Both the position numbers and the translations under genes were made by a program. The notes beneath the pieces were generated by a model. It searched no databases and was not told where the DNA came from. It was given only the letters and a program-made list of their open reading frames with translations. Below are positions 25,199 through 36,959 of a stretch of DNA of 64,000 nt, one piece after another. Source of the DNA: Octopus sinensis. Its lineage: Eukaryota. The number at the start of each line of letters is the position of its first letter. The first letter of the stretch is position 1. The DNA lies in assembly GCF_006345805.1 (NCBI RefSeq), contig NW_021835993.1, forward strand, positions 248,001-312,000. Direction: 5' to 3'.

Positions 25199-27141
25199 AT
25201 GAGTGAACATGTCGGCTTTTGGGTGAATTTCACGAAATATAACATCCACTTGGTCAGACTGATTGCCAAAGGTAGCCGCCGTATTTCAGTCCAGGCGCAT
25301 TCGGACTAATCTACTTGGGAGTAGACGTCCGAACCAAGTCGAAATATGTGGTCAAGAAACTGGTCAAGGGCGATAAAATGCGAGTCGAAAATGAAATCAG
25401 AATTCAAGTAGTCGTGGTAGAATAACACCTGAGAGTTTGTTCAACAAGTGCGACAACATTGTCCATCTCATCACGTGGAATCAAATCCACATCCTCGGGG
25501 AAACTCACTTTAATTTGCTGATGGATTTTTGCCAGGGTCTCACTTTGATGGCATTGAAGGCGGCTCCCTCCACGACTACTTTGTCAAGCCCAGAAAACTC
25601 AGTCACCTCGAAATTTACTACATTTTCATCTCCGTTCTGAAAGCCCTGGAGAAACTCCACTGCATGGACCCGCCGATCATACACCGAGACCTCAAGGTGA
25701 CTGACCCTTTATAAGACAGCTCGAAAACATTATGGTCGCGAACGGACGTGTCAAACTGGGAGACTTTGGCAGTGCAACCACCAACGTTTACAGACCCTCT
25801 GCAAACTGGACAGAAGAGGAACTAAAGGGACTCGAGAGAGAAGTAGAAACAGCCTATAAGTCTAGATCAAGTGCTGCACCACTCCCTGCTATCGGTCCCC
25901 AGAAATGGTGGACGTCCGACTATTCCTGGAATTGGGACTGGGACAGGACATTTGGGTATTCGCTCGGCCAAACTCAGGCTCTCGGATGTCTCCTGTACTT
26001 CCTGTGCTTTTCCTCGCTCCCCTTCGACATTTATTCCGCTCGACGAATCCTCAACTTGGAATACGACTTGCCTCCCTCCAGACACCCGACATGTCTCACA
26101 TTACTCATAAGTTCTCATGTGCTCGCTCACCCTAGAACACATTTTTGTCCTCAATCCCCAACAAAGGCCCACCGTGACTGATATCCTGACAAAACTAGTC
26201 GCGTCGGCCAACGCTTTCAAATTCAATCTTTGGAAGCCCCCTTCCTCTCTTTTCAGTGGGGTCTCGCGGAATTCCGATCTGATCTCCAAAATGGTTGACG
26301 ACAAGCCGTCTCATCGGTGCGGCCACATTGCCCTGACGTCGAGAGTGCACGGTTATGCTGACATGCTCAACTGCAGCATATTTTACTTGGTGCAAAATAG
26401 GGGACAAACATCTGTCGAACATACTCACGTCGTGCATTAGTCAGGGAATACTTAACCCCTGCATTTCCGACCTGTGCATTATCAACATGACAGGACACAC
26501 ACTCGACACACCTCTCAGGATAAAGGTCCACTCACCCTACACACATTTTAGATCGTTCAAGTTCTCTTCAAATCACATCAATTCCACTCGATCGAGTTGG
26601 TGTTGAAACACTTGTCGGTGGTGCTCGAAGTGCTTTCTTCTGGGAAGACGACACTGTTTATATCGAAGGTGGTGCCTGCTCATATAGACTAGCCCGACGA
26701 CTCCACCATCCACTTCTTCTTTGTGCTGATTCTGCTTTCTTCAAAGATTTTCACAGATTTGAAGGAATGTGAAAAATACCTGAATTCTAATAATTTCCAA
26801 TCTCTTTTGTCACCTGCCGAAAAAGAGTACCCCACCTAAACATCCCCAGACAAATAACTGCACTGACCAACCAAGTCCTATATGTCAATAATTTGTCGAG
26901 CAAGTCCCTTTTTATTTGTCCGTTGGACGTTGCCTGTCTGGAAGAATTGAGGGACTTGGAGCACCGGCACGGTAATCAGCTTTCTCGTATTCAGATGTGT
27001 CGTCGAATGTTCGGGATCTGATTGGGAAGAGAACAAACAGCATTGGTGATACAACACAAAATGGACCTGACGACAAAACATTCGATGATTTCCCAATTTG
27101 TAGAAATTATTTGTATATTTTTAGTTAACACTGATTTCTGA
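25199..27141 (+). CDS. GAK: NAK-family kinase, GAK-like
   Basis: PPIIHRDLK, DFGSATT with the W-containing insert, TTPCYRSPEM and QDIWALGCLLY favour GAK over AAK1; C-terminal exons approximate. Confidence 0.78.
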
Positions 27142-27199
27142 ACAGTGTTCTTTTGATGTTTATTTAGTAGTTCTAATTACAGAAAAGACTTTTACAGAT

Positions 27200-27560
27200 T
27201 AGATTCGACTCACTGTCCAAACATGTAAACCGACTTCAAAGTCACGCCTTCTGTCAAACGGGGTTCCGGAAGGTTCCTCTCTCTCGCTCACCCTGTTTAA
27301 TTTTTTCATCGCTGATCTGCCTGTACCAGATAATAAAAACAACATCCTGATTTCCTGCGCCGACGAAATTGTCATTGCTTTAAAGACTGGCACATCCTGG
27401 CTGCTTCATCAACGCTACATTAAATAACTGGACCACTGCTAACCGCCTATTAAAATGTCTAAAGAATCGGAGATCTCCCTCTTCATCTCGGATAAAAGAG
27501 TTCGGAAGAAATCATTGCATCTTACACTGGATAACAACAAAATTCTTTTTGCAGTGGATG
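27200..27560 (+). mobile_element. Jockey/CR1-like LINE reverse transcriptase remnant
   Basis: NGVPEGSSLSLTLFNFFIADLP...CADEIVI, degenerate GVPQGS and YADD motifs. Confidence 0.7.
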
Positions 27561-28127
27561 GATCCGATAGGTTATGTTTGATACTCACACATGCTTTTTT
27601 CATTTTGACAAAAGGTTTCTAGTAAAGACCATCATCTCTGAAAATACTTGTAGTTTCGAGAATTCACATAATTGATCCATTTGTCTGATGAGAAGGATAA
27701 ATGTAGCATTTCTGGACCTCACACACAGTGAATTACTTCTACGAAGTAACATAAGTGAATTAACAACTGAATTTCAGACAAGGAGTAGCTAATGTCCAGA
27801 AACTATCAATCTGAAATCATTGGAAAACTATTTTGGTTGGTTAGAAAGTAACTAAATCGGTGTTTATAAGGAATTTCCATCGTCTGAAATGAATAAGGAA
27901 CTGGCCGACCTTTTGTGGAGTTAGACAGTTTTGAAATCTGCCAGAGTTCTCAGAAGTCATCGAAGAAGGACGGAGATTGTGGGGACAAATGAAGCAAAAG
28001 TGTCAAAAAGGATTTGTAGTTTGACTTTTCCGTATTTGAGTGAATATAGTCGAATTAATACGGTCGATTTACACTCACTAATGGTTGATTAAATTATGAT
28101 TATAAACCAACAGCCCCTCACAGTGAA

Positions 28128-28681
28128 ATGCGTAAAGAAATCGCCATTTGTATAGCTGATTCGTATCTTTCGTTAAATATTTTGCTGAACAGCCTGATGA
28201 CCTACTGGGTTGAAACGAATAATAGCGAGAACTACGGAATGTACATGCAAGGAATATATTCGTCGAATTATTTTAGGAATTAACGACCAGACATACTTTT
28301 TCGAACAATTTCCAAATGAGACGTGGAGAAGTTGCGTCGGCACGATGAATTGGATGAATGTGACCAATCTGGGCCTCTCAATTTCCACTTTTGCTTTGAT
28401 GTTCGGAAATAAATTCCCAGCTGTGGTGTTCGTCGGGCACATAATCTGCGGTCGTAGAGTACAGTTGATAAATAGATATTGTGAACATATTAGCCGGAGG
28501 AGTGTTTGTCCGAAATGGAGTAGTCGAGTACTGTCATCAGTTGTGGAGTACAACCAAGATACCTGTAGTCTGTACCATCCGGGAAGGGCTTTCATACCAC
28601 ATTGGATTGTCCTTTCTCCACATTTTGTACTGCGCAATAGTCATGTTCCACTATACTTGCAAAAGACCTCACAAAGGATGA
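28128..28681 (+). CDS. Four-TM membrane protein, claudin/PMP22-like topology
   Basis: About 168 aa with four hydrophobic segments, W...YGMY after TM1 and YHIGLSF before TM4; model needs a 22-nt GT-AG intron plus a non-canonical 25-nt intron. Confidence 0.5.
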
Positions 28682-28851
28682 AAACGCCCCTAATCACCAT
28701 TTTAACTGAAATTGTGTTCATTTCCCACATGTAACGCCACAATTCATAAAATTAAACGATATCGGTAAGATAGTCTCACACACAACGTAATATTCCTAAC
28801 GAGCAACAACAAAACATAGCCAAAATGATAACGGAAATTAATTTATGTCGA

Positions 28852-29696
28852 CTAAATCTGCCTGCGAGGACTACTGCGGGCATAAGCAATCAAAACTTAC
28901 TCTGCACGACCATAACTTGCATTCCTCCTACGAATATATCAAATACACAGAGAATACACATATCCCCCATCACTGCAATTAAACAACAACCACCAACCGA
29001 CTTGGCGAATCACGGACTTTCCTCTCACTTCGGTCATACCATCTACAATAGAGAACTTGAATAACCTGAAATCACCACGGAACTGCCTCTCTGCTGATCT
29101 AAGACACACCAATTCATTATTTAGGAAGGAAACGCTAATATGGCACAGCAGACAACCTCCACCCCCCACAGTCGCGAGCAAAGTGTCCCCGATTGCCACA
29201 ATTATAACACCGCATGTCCAATCCGGCTTCCCCCTCCCCTTCGTCCGCGGTTTGGCCACAGTCACTCGAATTCGACTCGACTTGATGACTCTGCACATAT
29301 TCAGACAATACTCACGCCCCGTCCAGACTGATCATTGCTTCCGTCGCGTCCTCGTCCGTCCGGAAAATGACGAATCCAAAACACGGAGGGGACTTGGCCA
29401 CCCAAACGTCTTCCACATCTCCGTACACTTTGAAGGCAGTTATTAAATCCTTTTCTGTTATTTCCGGGCCGAGGTCGCCGATGTGGAGACGGTTTTGCGG
29501 ATCTTCCTGAGGGAGGTCCTGAAACCGTTCCTTGCTGGTCGAACGACTGCGATTTGTCCGTCTTCGTCCGCTCTCTTCGTACCAGACTGGGGAACACCCG
29601 TGCTTTCGGGTTGAATTAGACTTGGATTGCTGAGGAGATACAGGGGGTGACATTATCACTAATAAATTGTGTAATTAGACCACCTTCATCCACCAT
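28852..29696 (-). CDS. SRSF7: SR splicing factor with RRM and CCHC zinc knuckle, SRSF7-like
   Basis: RRM with VWVAKSPPCFGFVIF; CYNCGNRGHFARDC knuckle (out of frame as written); short Arg/Ser-containing micro-exons. Confidence 0.7.
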
Positions 29697-29918
29697 GACA
29701 AAATGTTTCTTGGATATTTAAATTAATTTATTAATTAACGGATATAATTAACAAAATTAAGTATCAATGTTTAAAATAATTGTTTTATAAAATCTCCACC
29801 CAAATTCTGTAAGCAATCTTCAGCGTTTCCGACTGTCTTGAAGACTCCCTTTACCTTCTTAAACTACTCGCATCGAAGCCAATTACTGTATTTTAAATGG
29901 TGAATTTATAAACGAGCA

Positions 29919-29931
29919 GTTGCCTAGAAAC
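29919..29931. promoter_or_regulatory. RFX X-box-like motif
   Basis: GTTGCCTAGAAAC ending 19 nt before the LRRC23 ATG. Confidence 0.6.
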
Positions 29932-29950
29932 GTAATCAAGACAAGACGAC

Positions 29951-31145
29951 ATGGCTACAGAATCCTACGACACAGATCTGGAGAACATGAACGGCTGGAA
30001 TACACTTTTTGTTACATTATAGGCAGCCAGTCTGAGGAGGGCAGAGAGGAAATGGAACCCGAGGGAGAGGAGGAAGAAGACGTATGACTGTACTCTGACT
30101 GATAGACTGAGGCCGTCCCTCTGTCCCCCTCCATTCTGGGAGAGGGCCTTTCCCTCATCAACAAAGTGTCCGACGGGTTCGCCCATGCCTATGTCCGCTT
30201 GTCACTGAGAGAGAGGTCACCCACTCACTGACTTGTAGGAGTCTGAATAACTTGGAGGGCATTCAGGGGTTCATCCACCTTCGATTCGTCGACCTTTCGA
30301 ATAACTACATCAAAAGTCTGCAGCCGTTAGAGAATCTGACCACTCTGCTTGTCCTCAACTGCGACAACAACAAAATCACATCCATCGATCTGCCACCACT
30401 CCAATTCCTGCAAATCCTCAGTCTCAGCAACAACAGAATCAAGTCGACAGAGGGACTGAACTTCCCCCTCTTAGAACAACTAATACTCAACGGTAGCTCG
30501 TCGAATGTAGTCCAGACAACGACATCACGGAGATTAGAGGACTGGACCCCACCATTTTCTCGAGTCTCCACTCCCTCGAACTGAGAGGAAACAAAATTGC
30601 ATCGACCGGAGGAATCAATCTCCCGAACTTGAGGAATCTGTACTTGGTATTTGAAGGGTTCCAATGTAGGCTGCCAACAGACTGACTGACCTGACCGACG
30701 TGGATTGTCTTTCCAGTTTGCAGACCCTCCATCTGAGGGACAACAGTCAACTGAGCAACTTGAATGGATTGTCGGGGTCACTCTCTTCTCTCCATACCCT
30801 CAATTTGCGGTTTGCTCGAATGTTCATGTCAGATCGACTGACGTGTCCACTTTCGCAGAAATAGTCAAATTGGAACAGCTTAGAGCACTAAAAAAACTAA
30901 CGCTTAGCGGTACCCCAAACTTGTTTATTTTCAGAGACCCCAATCGCAAGCGAGCCTACTTACCGTGCGGAAGTCCTCTCCTACATCAAGAGTCTTGCGA
31001 CGTTGGACAAAGACAATATAACCGAGGACGAGGTTTTGGAAGCCCAGGAAATCAGGAATCTGAGAATGGAGGAGGACGCTCTCTCAGAAGTCATAATATT
31101 TCTTTATTTAGTTAGACCGAGCCACCTAAGGACATTGAGGCATGA
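29951..31145 (+). CDS. LRRC23: Leucine-rich repeat protein 23 (axonemal)
   Basis: EGLSLINKVSDGFAHAYVRL...FIHLRFVDLSNN followed by SDS22-type LRRs. Confidence 0.88.
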
Positions 31146-31911
31146 CACATTCTCAAATCAAACTAACACGTTTTAAAGTAATAAAATTAGTTCAGTTGAG
31201 GAGAGTCCCCTTTTGAAGAAAGGAAACGTTCTCCTTCAATTAGTAGTGGCCCACACTTGGTCATAAACAGGTCAATTAATTAGTCTTTTGATGAGACAAA
31301 TCAAAGCATTTGTTTACACTTGTATTATATTGTTCAGATTAAGGTTATTTATGATTGTTCTAATTATTCGAGTTGTTCTTAGAATTAATTTGAATTGACG
31401 TTAATTTATTTGTTGGAATAATATATAATGACTCATAAAAATGGATCAGCTAATAAAATTAATGCAAATTCCATTAATTATACATTTTAATTATGTGTCG
31501 ATCTTTGTAATTACAATTTGAGATTTGCTGTAGGTCAGGTGATAAAGAGACCATTTTCTGGCACATTGGTTTCGTGACATTGTGAATTTATCGCCCAATT
31601 ATGGTTGTCTAGCAATACCCAAAACAATGCCCGAATTTTATAATATCAAGGAATCGAGCCGTCAATCAGTCTGCTTCCGCAAACCGCATGGGAGTTACTG
31701 AATATTGGTTTATGGTTTCGATTTGGCAAAAGCAACCCTCATTTGAGGAGAGAAGCGGAAGGCATCAATTCATGATTAATTGGAAACATTTCAAAGAAAA
31801 CTCGCATTGTCGTGCTGTCAATACATTGCCATTGGCGTTAATTGCGTTTCTCGCTTTCGAATAAGCACTCTGCGCGTTCGCGTGATTTGAATATTGTTTT
31901 TTCTTCCTCTC

Positions 31912-34509
31912 ATGTGGTATATCTTTCTCCTCTGTCCTGGTTTCTCTACGGCAGTCCTAGTCTACTCCGTCCGGGAGGAGTTGCCAGTCGGCACCGTCAT
32001 AGGCAATGTCTTTGAGGATCTTCGACTCGAAAATTCAGAATCTAGCCAATTAACATATGGAATATTCGAGAACTCTGCGGCAGGAGATCTTTTTGAAATC
32101 GACAAAACTGGCAATTTGATTACACTGGAAAGAATCGACCGGGAAGGAGTTTGTTCAGGATCTGCTGACGAATGTTTTGTTTTTCTTAGAGTTCTCATCG
32201 GTTTTTCGAATGGCAGGACCAACATTGCCGATTTAAAGGTGAAGATAACGGATATAAACGACAACAACCCGACTTTCGACCCTCCCTCCCTTACTGTTGA
32301 TGTCCTAGAGTCGTCTAATATTGGGGAATTGATCCCAATCAAGTCCGCTGAGGATCGTGACTCCAAAGAATATGGAATCACGGAGTACAGAATTCTGAAC
32401 AAATCAGAAATTCCATTTTCTCTGAAAAAGAGGGAAACTCATTTATATTTGGAGTTGTTGCAGAAACTTGACCGTGAATCTCATCAGTCTTACTTTTTCG
32501 AAATTGTCGCCCAGGACAGTGGAGGCCAAGTGGGAGTGTTGAACGTGACGGTTAATATTTTGGACGAGAATGACAATGTCCCCACTTTTGTCCGCCAGAT
32601 TTTCACGTTTTATGTTTCGGAAAACGCGCCTGTGGGGTATGTCGTAGGCCGAGTCGAGGCCACGGACCCCGATGAAGGAATAAACGCACTCATTCACTAC
32701 AAAGTCGACTCTCGTGCCAACCCGAAAGTTGCAAAATTTTTCCAAGTCGATCAAAACTCTGGGAAGGTGATTTTATCGGCAAGACTCGACTACGAGAAGA
32801 TAAACTACTTTGAATTTCCAGTGGTGGCCTACAATCCTACGAAAAGTGGGATGCAGGCCACAGCATACATTTCTGTGTTCGTGGTCGATTTCAACGACAA
32901 CAAGCCCCAGATTACCCTTCTTGGGAGCAGCACTCTTTCTGTCGCAGAAAATAGTCCAGATGGGACTGTTATCGGGAATTTGTTTGTTTCGGATGCCGAC
33001 TCTGACTCAAATGGGAAATTCGAATGCACCGTCAACGACAATCGATTTAAACTAGCAACTTCAAGATCTGGAGGACTCTTGCTTATAAAACGTGGCACTT
33101 TAGACAGAGAAGAGTCGGATAAAATCGAAATGTTAATAATTTGTCAAGACAAAGGTGTACCTACTTTATTCTCTTCTGAAAAGCTTGTGATTGAAATATT
33201 GGACTCGAACGACAATCCGCCAGTATTTGAACAAGCCTCTTATACTTGCTACGTAATCGAAAATGCAATTATTCAAAATGCAATTCTCAATGTAAAGGCG
33301 ACAGACATTGATGCAGGAGTAAATGGAGAAATCAAATATTTTCTGAAGAATGGGACTCAATTCGGTTTTTCGATTGACCCGGACAGCGGGGATGTCTATC
33401 TCGGAACAAGTCTCGATCGGGAGTCACAGTCTTCCTACAGTCTAGAGGTGGTAGCAGTCGACGGAGGAGTGCCGCAGTTGTCTGCCTCCGTCATTCTACA
33501 AGTGTGGGTGGTTGATCAAAATGATTCGCCACCCGAGTTCGAAAGGCGCGAGTACTATTTCCGCGTCTTGAAAAATACACCAATCGGAGAGAAAATTGGC
33601 TCAATATTTGCATTGGATCCTGATTTGAATTCCCAGACCGAATATTCGATTGATTCTGCTTACTTCCAAGTGGACAAAAACACAGGAACTATTTATTTGA
33701 ACAGGCCTCTCCGCAAGGCCTTCTCACATGAAGCAACAATAATTGCGAAGGACGTCGACAAACCCAATTTGATGGACACTGCCAAAATCGTAGTAAATGT
33801 GTTCGAAGAGAATCCCCCCGAAATACTGTTTCCCAATTCCCAGCAAAATCATTTTCCCCTGAACTGTCGTGCCTCGGTCGGCACCCAAATATTTCGAATT
33901 ACAATACGTGACCCGATTCTGGGCCCACTTACTTATGAAATTGACGAACCTGAATATTTTTCAGTAAACAAAACAGGTTCAGTCAGGCTGGCAAAAAGTC
34001 TGGACTTTGTGGGTGCTGTCGAATTCTCCATTAAAGTGACCGACAGTGGAATTCCTCCGCTATTCTCTATAACCAATGCAACTGTCCAAGTTATGTGCGA
34101 GACGCCATTTCTCTCCACAAATTCACTCAACCTGATGGCGGGGATCCTCACGATTATTGTTTTCGGAATGGTGATTCTCGTCCTTGTGTTTTTACGGAAA
34201 AATGCGATTAACAAAAAACCCAGTGAAATGACGAGTTTCCTTGCCACTCAAACTCCGCAATTTCCAGTTGTCAGACTGCAAATATTTTAGATTTTGATTG
34301 ACAACGGGGATGTCGGAAGAAACCAAAAAACCAAACTAAATTTGCCCAAAAAATCGGAAATAGGTATTTGCTCATTTTACATGCAACAACTGATTTATGT
34401 CCCAATTAGTTATAGTGCATTAATAATGTGTATTTCATGTTTGGCAGATCTTCAACTGGAGTCGTGGACCAGGAAAAAGGGAGAAATTTTAAAATCTGTG
34501 ATCGTTTAA
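31912..34509 (+). CDS. Protocadherin, 7 cadherin repeats, TM and short tail
   Basis: One 2.35-kb exon with DINDNNP, DENDNVP, DFNDNKP, DSNDNPP, DQNDSPP linkers and TM; a 24-nt intron (34267-34290) extends the frame to 34509. Confidence 0.92.
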
Positions 34510-34821
34510 TTTGAAAATCATTTTATTTTGAAATTAATTAAATCGATGGAGATAGGGCTTTAATGCAATGAGTTGATACGTGTTTGTTTATATTCAGTGT
34601 TTGTTATCACAAATAACTGGATACATAAATAAACCCCATCCTTATATTGAGACTTGCTGTTATTTTGCGTAACTACTCAGATTTACCTTTTCGTGATACA
34701 AAAAACCGGACTCCTACTTTTGTAATATTTTTTGTAATTGAATTTATTAATATTCCACTAAAGTCTAAAAAATTAAATAATTATTTAAAAAATAATACTT
34801 AATAAAATAAATGACTAAATA

Positions 34822-36630
34822 ATGAAGTTGTGTTTTGTGTCTTCCTTATTATCGAATAATAAAATTGTGTTTTTTAATTTAAACATTTCAGACCAATTTA
34901 CGACATGGTTGTTTTAGCCAAAAAAGCAACAGAGCTACGGTTTTCTCAGGATTGTTAACCAAAAGAAACTTATCCGTGGGAATCATTTGTGGAACACTCG
35001 GAATTGTGTGGGCCTACAACGATGTTATTCAAAATTATATTAATTCTGACTATTTGAACAACACCCCGCTTGCAAAACTCCCCATTAACAAATCAATCGA
35101 CAAAAGTGGACTTCTCCACGAAAAAACTCAGGAAATATCACGTGAGGAGCTCAATTCAGTGAGTCTGAGTATATCCGAGGCCGAGGATTCAGTGGCCTGC
35201 CTCGATGACCACAACGAAGCCTACAAAAACATTCTCATGGACGATCCAAATATCAAGGATTTGGTGAGAGTTTTGAGGAATCGTCGATCTGCCATGACTG
35301 AGGCAGCGGGGAAACTCAAAGCTGCCAGGTCCAGTCACATATTTTGTTGTAGGATTTGCTGTGCCAATTACTCGACCAATGGGGAGAAATGTGGGGGAGT
35401 TGATATTTCGGGACTCCAAGACAAACTGGCCACCATTCAGCAGTCGGTCTCCCCTTTCAATTTTATTTTAGTTTGTGAAAATAAGGTCAGATGGGATTGA
35501 GTTGGAAAACAAGTTATCGCAAAAGTCGAGGGAATATTTGTGTTCTGTCATAAATGGGAGTCATCCAGACTCTTCTCTTGTGGAAGAGGCCCTCCAATTA
35601 ATGTTGAGTCTGCAAATCCAACAATCCACCGATGGCTGCACTGTGGAGTCCAGACTGGCCAGCAAATTAGCAAAAGACGCCAGAAATCTAAAAAACGAGC
35701 GAGACAAGTCACTAAGAAGAGTGAATGAACGGGAGGTGGAGTGTTTCAGTCAAAGAAGGAAGGAATTGACCGAACAAGCAGATTTCACGTTCAGAAAGGA
35801 TTTGAGAGAAATGAAAGAGGAGATAGAAAGTTCAGCCAATGCACAACTGCCCATAACTCTACAAAGAGAAGAAATCACTCTGAGGAAATCAGGGGAGGTG
35901 TATTTACAGGATCGGGCGTCTGAACGGGATGAGTTGTGTAAAAATGAATTGAATGGGAGAGAAAGCCTATTGAGACGGGAGGCATCTCTCATGGCAGGTG
36001 ATGAGGCAGTTTTGTTATACCAGAGAGGGCTCGAATGAGAGGTGAGACAATTGACTGGCTCAAATTGACGGGGATATGCAGCAGGGCTATTAGGGGGTTG
36101 CACTCTGATAGAGAGGTGTATGAATTGGTCCACTTGGGTTTGATATTGCAGGCACTCGAGGAAATGGTCAATGCAACGTCGGACGTCCCTTTTGCCGACA
36201 CTGTTCTGAGGTCGATTGGGCCAGAACTGCACACTTATAAAGAGGTGGAGGAAAGGTAGTTCGTGTGGAGTAAACTTGTAGTTTCTGGGCCAAGAGTAGA
36301 GCTAGTTGGAGAGTTGCTTCACTAAATACGAGATTTGGGTTTTTTGAGTATATGATGGGGGTGGTGGAGTCGTTCATTGTGGTGGAGTATATTACGGATG
36401 TGGAAAATGTAAGGGAAGGGGACATGTATGGGCATCTGGCATGTGCTAGAGAGTGCATGAGGAGGGGAGATATTGCGAGTGCAGTCAGGATATCAGGAAA
36501 TATGATAGGGGAGGCTGGGTTTGTCATGGCTCCTTGGGTTGAGCAGGCTGTTAAGTTTCTGGAGAGGAAGCAAGCACTGACTAATATTAATGCATATGCT
36601 CGAATGTGTGTGCTGAGTACTGTTGATTGA
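34822..36630 (+). CDS. IMMT: MICOS subunit MIC60 (mitofilin)
   Basis: Presequence, TM (VGIICGTLGIVWAY), coiled coil and mitofilin C-terminus RGDIASAVRISGNMIGEAGFVMAPWVEQAVKFLERKQAL. Confidence 0.8.
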
Positions 36631-36959
36631 TATATTTTATTCCTTTCTTTTAATATACTAATTCTCCATGACCCACTTGGAAAACAGTCGAACACGGCTT
36701 AAATCAAATCTCACGTGGATAAGAGGTGGAAATTAAATGCACAATAACTTAAAATGATCAAATCTAGCATTTAAAATTGTAAAATCTATAGCTTGAAATA
36801 ATGATCAATCACAGCCCGCTGTGTATTGAGTGGTACCTTCCGCGTAGCACGGGTCGACATTGACTCTACTTTTTTGTGCCTTTGATAATTCCGTCAAATC
36901 ACTTGCTAAATTTTTTTTAATTATCTTACGTTGAATGTGTCAAGACATTCTACCAGCAC

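Noticed and set aside
26870-26930. PTEN-like motif YMSIICRASP in the GAK tail
   Set aside because: It lies in a frame that soon stops and is not the frame that continues through the next intron.
28195-28216. Hammerhead-like core CTGATGA...GAAAC
   Set aside because: Stem II does not close properly, no stem III or cleavage triplet is present, and it lies in a probable coding exon.
28210-28734. ORF listed on the minus strand in the track
   Set aside because: The peptide MKRIIART... reads on the plus strand, so the strand label is wrong. The same applies to 58322..58516 (MFKLLLKL..., plus strand, GIT exon 1).
31604-31616. X-box-like GTTGTCTAGCAAT upstream of the protocadherin
   Set aside because: Two deviations from consensus and about 300 bp from the ATG; plausible by chance.
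31962-34247. Minus-strand ORFs within the protocadherin
   Set aside because: Antisense shadows of the cadherin exon.
35750-36695. Long minus-strand ORFs of 160 and 175 aa
   Set aside because: Antisense shadows of the MIC60 exons.
36839-36870. Possible Helitron hairpin CCGCGTAGCACGG
   Set aside because: Imperfect stem with no CTRR end at the expected distance and no second copy.
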